Below, one piece after another: positions 58,787 to 64,000 of a stretch of 64,000 nucleotides of DNA. The DNA comes from Bdellovibrionales bacterium (lineage in GTDB: Bacteria > Bdellovibrionota > Bdellovibrionia > Bdellovibrionales > JAMPXM01). The stretch lies in contig JAYUEN010000386.1 of assembly GCA_043739185.1 (NCBI GenBank), positions 64,001 to 128,000 on the forward strand. Reading direction: 5' to 3'. Under the pieces are notes generated by a model. That model was not told the DNA's origin and did no database searches. It saw only the letters and a list, made by a program, of their open reading frames with translations. Both the position numbers and the translations under genes were made by a program. Positions within the stretch are counted from its first letter, which is position 1; each line of letters starts with the position of its first letter.

Positions 58787-58974
58787 GGGGCTGAGTTCAC
58801 GCCAGCCATACCTTGCTGTATGGCAGTCAGTTTATCTCCAACCGTTTTCATTATTTGGCCTTTAAATAGGGTTGCGATAGCTATCACAACAACTAATAAA
58901 AGCGCATATTCGGCCATGCCTTGCGCTGATTCGTCTTTCAATACTGCGATCAGTTTGGTGTTCAATTTTTTCAT
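58783..58974 (-). CDS. flp: Flp family type IVb major pilin
   Basis: DESA-QGMAEYALL; GGAGG RBS before the ATG at 58974. Confidence 0.9.
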   Translation of the reverse strand: MKKLNTKLIAVLKDESAQGMAEYALLLVVVIAIATLFKGQIMKTVGDKLTAIQQGMAGVNSAP

Positions 58975-59012
58975 TTTTATGTCCTCCATTTTTTAATGAT
59001 CTGCCAATAGTT

Positions 59013-59040
59013 TTATCGGTCAAATCGCGGCCGGAGTTGA
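59013..59040 (-). promoter_or_regulatory. Sigma-28 (FliA)-type promoter for the flp operon
   Basis: TCAA-N16-ACCGATAA. Confidence 0.55.
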
Positions 59041-59228
59041 GGGCTAAACTATCAATTAGTCCGAGCTTTAAGCTTTGGGTGTGGCAACACTTTGGTCAGG
59101 CGACTATGCTTCAGTCGAGATTTGAGGTGAAGGTGAACCTGTAATCGAAAGCGAACACAAATTTGGTCTGAACTTAACTTAAGGCTGGGTCCAGAATTAA
59201 TTTTCAAAAAGTCGCATTATTTGGTAAA

Positions 59229-59270
59229 TGACTTAAATCGAGACAGTTTTTAGTGTTTCAATTTGAGATA
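59229..59270. promoter_or_regulatory. Two TGTCTCA-N3-TGAGACA-like sites
   Basis: TGACTTA-AAT-CGAGACA (59229-59245) and TGTTTCA-ATT-TGAGATA (59254-59270). Confidence 0.4.
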
Positions 59271-59309
59271 AAAGTACTTTATTGAGCCCTTTTTCCTTCG
59301 GAGTCGAAA

Positions 59310-59918
59310 ATGATTTCAAAGTCTTTGCTCGCCATAGAAGTTATTTCGACCGCGTTTAGCTATAAAATTATCAATGAAATTTTAGAAAATTCTTGGCTCG
59401 AGTTGATTGAAATTTCTTCAGCAAGCAACGCCAAAAATATTTTTGTTTTTCAGTCGCAAGACAGTAGCAAAATGCAATTGCTTAAAGATCGGCTCGATGA
59501 AAAGTTCGGACAACCGAGCCGAAGAGTACTCGAGGTCTTTGCGCCCCAACTCTATGATATATGTTTTATCCCAGATGCCCGAGCGGAAATTTTAATGGCA
59601 ATGACTGGTCAGCTGCAGAACCCAGTTGGCGAAGCCTTGGTGATTTTTGAGTCTCAAAGCATTTGCGCAGTCTTGACATCAATGCAACTCGCTTTACAGG
59701 CTCATAGCCTCAAGATATGTGATCTCAGATTGCTTCGAAGCAGTGGGGGAATGAACACTCTCTTTTTAAGTGGGACTTCTGCAAATTGTGAGCAAGCCGC
59801 GGCAGCTTTGCAGCAGCATTTGTTCTCAATGTATTTGGTTGGTCATGTTGAATGGATCCCAAATCCAAATGCGAGATTAAAAGAGCTCTTTAGCTTTGAA
59901 GTTGTGAACAAAAACTGA
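59310..59918 (+). CDS. Divergent tandem BMC-domain (microcompartment shell-like) protein
   Basis: Second half [19 protein letters not shown]....LSG....E.A..IPNPN matches the BMC pattern; first half LAIEVIS is a weaker repeat. Confidence 0.6.
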   Translation: MISKSLLAIEVISTAFSYKIINEILENSWLELIEISSASNAKNIFVFQSQDSSKMQLLKDRLDEKFGQPSRRVLEVFAPQLYDICFIPDARAEILMAMTGQLQNPVGEALVIFESQSICAVLTSMQLALQAHSLKICDLRLLRSSGGMNTLFLSGTSANCEQAAAALQQHLFSMYLVGHVEWIPNPNARLKELFSFEVVNKN

Positions 59919-60031
59919 GGCACAATATTGCACGAGGCCTTAGGGCTTGCAAAGTGCATCAAAAATCACGAAAGGGCGTTGGACAAGGGCTTCTCGCCTG
60001 GTGTAAGCTTTCGCAAATTAGAGAGGGTATC

Positions 60032-60892
60032 ATGTCAAAAAAAATGACTTTAAAAGCAAAACCAAAAGGCGCAAAAAAATTGTGGAGCTCATTGAAAGCT
60101 TTCACGGATATCAAGTGCGAGCGCACCCAAGATGGCATAGCTAAAATTACCATCAATCGTCCCGAAGTTCGAAATGCATTTCGACCCAAGACGGTTCAAG
60201 AGTTAATTGAAGCCTTTAATATTTGTCGAGACCATGCCGAAATTGGCGCGATCATCTTAACAGGTGAAGGAGATTTGGCTTTTTGTTCCGGCGGTGATCA
60301 GCGCGTAAGAGGAACTGGTGGTTATCTCGGAAGTGATGGCGTCCCAAGGCTCAACGTTTTAGATTTGCAAAAGGTCATTCGGTCCTTACCAAAGCCTGTT
60401 GTGGCAATGGTGGCGGGCTATGCTGTAGGTGGTGGACATGTTCTACATATTGTTTGTGATTTAACGATCGCTGCAGACAATGCTCGATTTGGGCAAACAG
60501 GCCCCAAAGTTGGCTCTTTCGACGGTGGTTTGGGCAGCAGTTATCTTGCGCGTATTGTGGGTCAGAAGAAGGCGCGAGAAATTTGGTATCTTTGCCGTCA
60601 GTATGATGCCAAACAAGCACTCGATATGGGTTTGGTAAATACCGTGGTTCCATTGGCTGAACTTGAATCTGAAACCTTGAAGTGGTGCCGTGAAATGCTT
60701 GCGCATTCACCACTCGCACTGAGATGTCTTAAGTCTGCTCTCAATGCCGACTGTGATGGACAGGTCGGCTTGCTCGATTTTGCAGGCAATGCCACGCTTC
60801 TATATTATCTTTCGGAAGAAGCCAAAGAAGGTAAAAACGCTTATCTTGAAAAGCGTAAGCCGAACTTCTCAAAGTTCCCGCGGCTTCCTTAA
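60032..60892 (+). CDS. menB: 1,4-dihydroxy-2-naphthoyl-CoA synthase
   Basis: [42 protein letters not shown]. Confidence 0.97.
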   Translation: MSKKMTLKAKPKGAKKLWSSLKAFTDIKCERTQDGIAKITINRPEVRNAFRPKTVQELIEAFNICRDHAEIGAIILTGEGDLAFCSGGDQRVRGTGGYLGSDGVPRLNVLDLQKVIRSLPKPVVAMVAGYAVGGGHVLHIVCDLTIAADNARFGQTGPKVGSFDGGLGSSYLARIVGQKKAREIWYLCRQYDAKQALDMGLVNTVVPLAELESETLKWCREMLAHSPLALRCLKSALNADCDGQVGLLDFAGNATLLYYLSEEAKEGKNAYLEKRKPNFSKFPRLP

Positions 60893-61795
60893 ATGGCAGA
60901 ATCCGCTCTAAAAAACCCTGCGCTCAGCTCTTGGTTTATGGCACTCCGGCCGAAAACCCTGACCGCGGCCTTTGTTCCGGTTATGGTCGCTTCTGCGCTT
61001 GTGGTTGCACAAAGATTTGATTTTAAATTATATCTAACTATTTGTGCTCTCCTCAGTGCAATGTTCATTCAAATTGGGACCAATTTAATTAACGACGCAA
61101 TTGATTTTAAAAAAGGTGCCGATGATCAAAATCGCATCGGCCCAAAGCGTGTTACTCAAAGTGGCCTGTTGACTCCGAAACAAGTAATTTATGGTGGCTA
61201 TACGGCTTTTTTAGTCGCTGCAATATTGGGAGTTCCTCTCGTCGTAGCTGGAGGCTGGGTCATAGTTGCAATTGGTGTGCTTTCTTTACTTTGTGGATAC
61301 ATATATACCGGTGGCCCATATCCCCTTGCCTATTTAGGGCTCGGCGATTTTTTCGTTATCTTATTTTTTGGTATCATTGCGGTCGGCGGGACCTTTTTTT
61401 TGCATGCTCAGAATTATTCGTTCGGAGCACTCATTGCGGGTCTGCAAATTGGCATGCTCTCAACGGTTTTGATTGCTATTAACAATTTGCGTGATGCCCC
61501 ACTTGATAAGTTGGTCGGTAAGAAAACTCTCGCAGTTCGCTTCGGAATTCGATTTGCCAGAAGTGAAATATTGTTTTTGATTTTTGCCCCTTTTGTGCTC
61601 GGTATGTACTGGGTTTTCGAGGGCCACATTTTAGCGAGTGTATTGCCGATTTTGTGTTTTCCGTTGGCACGTGATTTAAGCGTTAAAATTTTGAAAACCG
61701 AGCCTTCACCGATTTACAATCAATTTTTAGCGCGGTCGGCAGCGATACATGCTCTTTTCGGCTTACTTTTGAGTATTGGACTTTTAATTAAATGA
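60893..61795 (+). CDS. menA: DHNA polyprenyltransferase
   Basis: RPKTL, QIGTNLIND..D.KKG.D, YTGGPYP, NNLRD...D..GKKTL. Confidence 0.95.
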   Translation: MAESALKNPALSSWFMALRPKTLTAAFVPVMVASALVVAQRFDFKLYLTICALLSAMFIQIGTNLINDAIDFKKGADDQNRIGPKRVTQSGLLTPKQVIYGGYTAFLVAAILGVPLVVAGGWVIVAIGVLSLLCGYIYTGGPYPLAYLGLGDFFVILFFGIIAVGGTFFLHAQNYSFGALIAGLQIGMLSTVLIAINNLRDAPLDKLVGKKTLAVRFGIRFARSEILFLIFAPFVLGMYWVFEGHILASVLPILCFPLARDLSVKILKTEPSPIYNQFLARSAAIHALFGLLLSIGLLIK

Positions 61796-62757
61796 TAAAA
61801 ATAGATTATTCAGCTTATATTTTAAAAAAGGTCGGAGTGAATTCCTCTCGAGTAGGAGCACTTTTGCGAATGGAATGGCCGGAAGGCCTAGGATACGCAG
61901 ACTTACATCCTTGGCCTGAATATGGCGATGCCTATTTGAAAGAACAACTGAAGGGCCTTGCTGATTATCAAAAATCAAATTCTGAAGCGGGACTATCGCA
62001 GCTTCAAAAGCAGGCGCTTTATTTTTCAAAGATCGATGCACGTGCGCGGGCTCAAAAAAAATCACTGTTTGAAAATTTCAATATACCTGAAAGCCACTTC
62101 TTAATCACTCGTGAAGAAGAAATTGAAGAACAAAATCTGGCTAATATTTCAAAGGGCGGATTTAAAAAAATAAAAGTTAAACTAGGCGGAGACCCACTGA
62201 TGGCAGCGGTGAGTGTGTCAGAGCTTGCAGGAATGGCTCCGCAAATATTACGTTTGGATGTGAATGCAAACTGGAGTGCTTCGGAGTTTAAATTTTTTGC
62301 GGATAAAATTCCAAAAGAATTTAAAACTCGAGTGGAGTTTATTGAGGACCCATTTCACTCGGCTCATGATCACTGGCGCCTGCTCAGCCAAACCTATGGT
62401 TTTTCATTTGCTCGTGACTTTGAAGTTGGCGACGCTTATGCCGTTCGCATTTTGAAACCGGCAGTTGAAAACATTGTCGAAATTGTAAAAACAGAAAGTC
62501 CTGAAGTTCAATTTGTGGTCACTTCTTATTTGGGACACCCACTGGGTCAATTGAGTGCGGCTTTTGAGGCAACAAAGCTTAAAGAGAGCGTGGGAGTGCG
62601 GCTTTTAGAGTGTGGTCTACTTTCCCAAAATGTTTATGAAGTTAATGATTTTTCTCGAAGCCTTTTGATTCAAAATGCGAGATTGCAACCGCCCGAAGGG
62701 ACGGGATTTGGATTCGACGAGCTGCTCGAAAAACAACGATGGCAGGCCGTACGTTAA
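61792..62757 (+). CDS. menC: o-succinylbenzoate synthase
   Basis: Enolase fold: KIKVK, RLDVN, FIEDP; men operon context. Confidence 0.8.
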   Translation: MIKIDYSAYILKKVGVNSSRVGALLRMEWPEGLGYADLHPWPEYGDAYLKEQLKGLADYQKSNSEAGLSQLQKQALYFSKIDARARAQKKSLFENFNIPESHFLITREEEIEEQNLANISKGGFKKIKVKLGGDPLMAAVSVSELAGMAPQILRLDVNANWSASEFKFFADKIPKEFKTRVEFIEDPFHSAHDHWRLLSQTYGFSFARDFEVGDAYAVRILKPAVENIVEIVKTESPEVQFVVTSYLGHPLGQLSAAFEATKLKESVGVRLLECGLLSQNVYEVNDFSRSLLIQNARLQPPEGTGFGFDELLEKQRWQAVR

Positions 62758-63930
62758 ATGAAAATGCAAGAGCTGGCACCTTCACGCTTTGATTTTCATT
62801 CGCCAAATAACGAACTCATACTAAATCCGAAATTAATTGAATCAGAGCAAATTTTTTTTTCAAAGGCTTGGGACTTTGCAAGCAAAGAGGTGAGTGGCCA
62901 TTTCGCCTTGGCCACCAGTGGGACCACCTCGGCGCACGGTCGAGGAAAGCTTGTTCTGTTGGGCAAGTCCTCGATTTTGGCTTCAGCAAGGGCCGTTAAC
63001 CGACATTTATCTGTAAGCGCCAATGATATTTGGCTCAAAGCCCTGCCTGATTTTCATGTTGGAGGATTGGGGATTTTAGCGCGAGCTGAATTGAGCGGAT
63101 CAAGGGTTTTTGAGTATCAAGATCAGAAGTGGAGTCCGCAAAATTTTTATAGTGCGCTCAACACTTCTCATGCAAGTATTATATCCTTGGTGCCCACTCA
63201 ACTCTATGATTTGCTCAAATACAAATTACGCGCGCCGCCCTCGCTTCGAGCGGCTCTCATTGGCGGAGCCGCGCTTTCCGCACAACTTTTTTCACGAGCA
63301 AAAGAACTTAACTGGAATGTTTTACCGAGCTACGGAATGACCGAAACTTGTTCGATGATTGCTTGTGCAAATCCCGAATTGAGTGAGTTTAGTTTTCCGA
63401 AGACGCTTTCACATGCTCAGGTGAAGTTGAATCCATTAGGCCAAATTGAAGTCTCTTGTGATTCACTTTTAACAGCCTACGTTTTACAAAAAGAAAACGG
63501 CTTTGAGATTTTAGATCCTAAGATTTGCGACGACCAAAAAAAGCTTTGGTTTTGCCCGGGAGATTTTGCTGAGATCAGCTCTAAAGGTATTGAAATTCTA
63601 GGCCGTGAAAGCGAGTTTGTAAAAATCGGAGGAGAAGGGGTTTCTCTTCTAAAATTAGAAAGTTTGTTAAAAGAGATCATTCTGGAAAGGAGTGATTTTT
63701 GTAATGATTATGCCCTGCTTGCCGCGCCGGACGAGAGGCTTGGTTTTCGAATCAATTTATTGTCTACAGCCCAGGGCTCAAACGAAACCGCAATGCTCGT
63801 AGAGCTATTCAATAAAAGGCTGATGGGCATTGAGAAAGTTCGTCAAGTTCATTTTGTTGAGCTTATTCCGCGAACTGCACTTGGCAAACTTAAGCGCCTA
63901 GAGGCCTTAGAGCTCATTGCCAAGGGCTAA
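62758..63930 (+). CDS. menE: o-succinylbenzoate-CoA ligase
   Basis: TSGTT, HVGGLGI, SLVPTQL, YGMTET, PRTALGK. Confidence 0.88.
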   Translation: MKMQELAPSRFDFHSPNNELILNPKLIESEQIFFSKAWDFASKEVSGHFALATSGTTSAHGRGKLVLLGKSSILASARAVNRHLSVSANDIWLKALPDFHVGGLGILARAELSGSRVFEYQDQKWSPQNFYSALNTSHASIISLVPTQLYDLLKYKLRAPPSLRAALIGGAALSAQLFSRAKELNWNVLPSYGMTETCSMIACANPELSEFSFPKTLSHAQVKLNPLGQIEVSCDSLLTAYVLQKENGFEILDPKICDDQKKLWFCPGDFAEISSKGIEILGRESEFVKIGGEGVSLLKLESLLKEIILERSDFCNDYALLAAPDERLGFRINLLSTAQGSNETAMLVELFNKRLMGIEKVRQVHFVELIPRTALGKLKRLEALELIAKG

Positions 63931-64000
63931 GGGCTTGACTTCATCGGCCTTCACGTTGATATATTTTCAAGTGAATTCATCAAACTAGGTTGGTCTATGC

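Overview
Chromosomal window from a bacterium that looks like a predatory Bdellovibrionota. This is inferred from a Tad/Flp pilus locus followed by an RHS gene and a small secreted gene, the arrangement of the Bdellovibrio 'hit' locus, plus many secreted hydrolases and hypothetical proteins. Most of the window is housekeeping: menaquinone genes (menD, which the ORF track missed because it runs off the left edge; DAHP synthase; ubiE/menG; menB-menA-menC-menE), four DNA glycosylases (ung, nth, mutY, tag), ddl, a thiamine-type ABC transporter, add, a transketolase-like enzyme, tatA, pcnB, a DEAD-box helicase, speB, groES-groEL, citrate synthase and RNase HI. Highlights: (1) a RAYT-type HUH transposase with its own REP-like palindromes, whose arms are built into the C-termini of ubiE and ung, plus a remote copy before tag; (2) a hit-like locus with a Cys-rich Bd0108-like gene and FliA-like promoters; (3) two Gly-rich secreted proteins sharing a C-terminal motif; (4) an unexplained bipartite motif 45-60 nt behind four stop codons; (5) a second 18-3-18 palindrome family; (6) an orphan tandem BMC-shell-like gene; (7) probable pseudo-enzymes. 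No rRNA, tRNA or CRISPR array was recognised.
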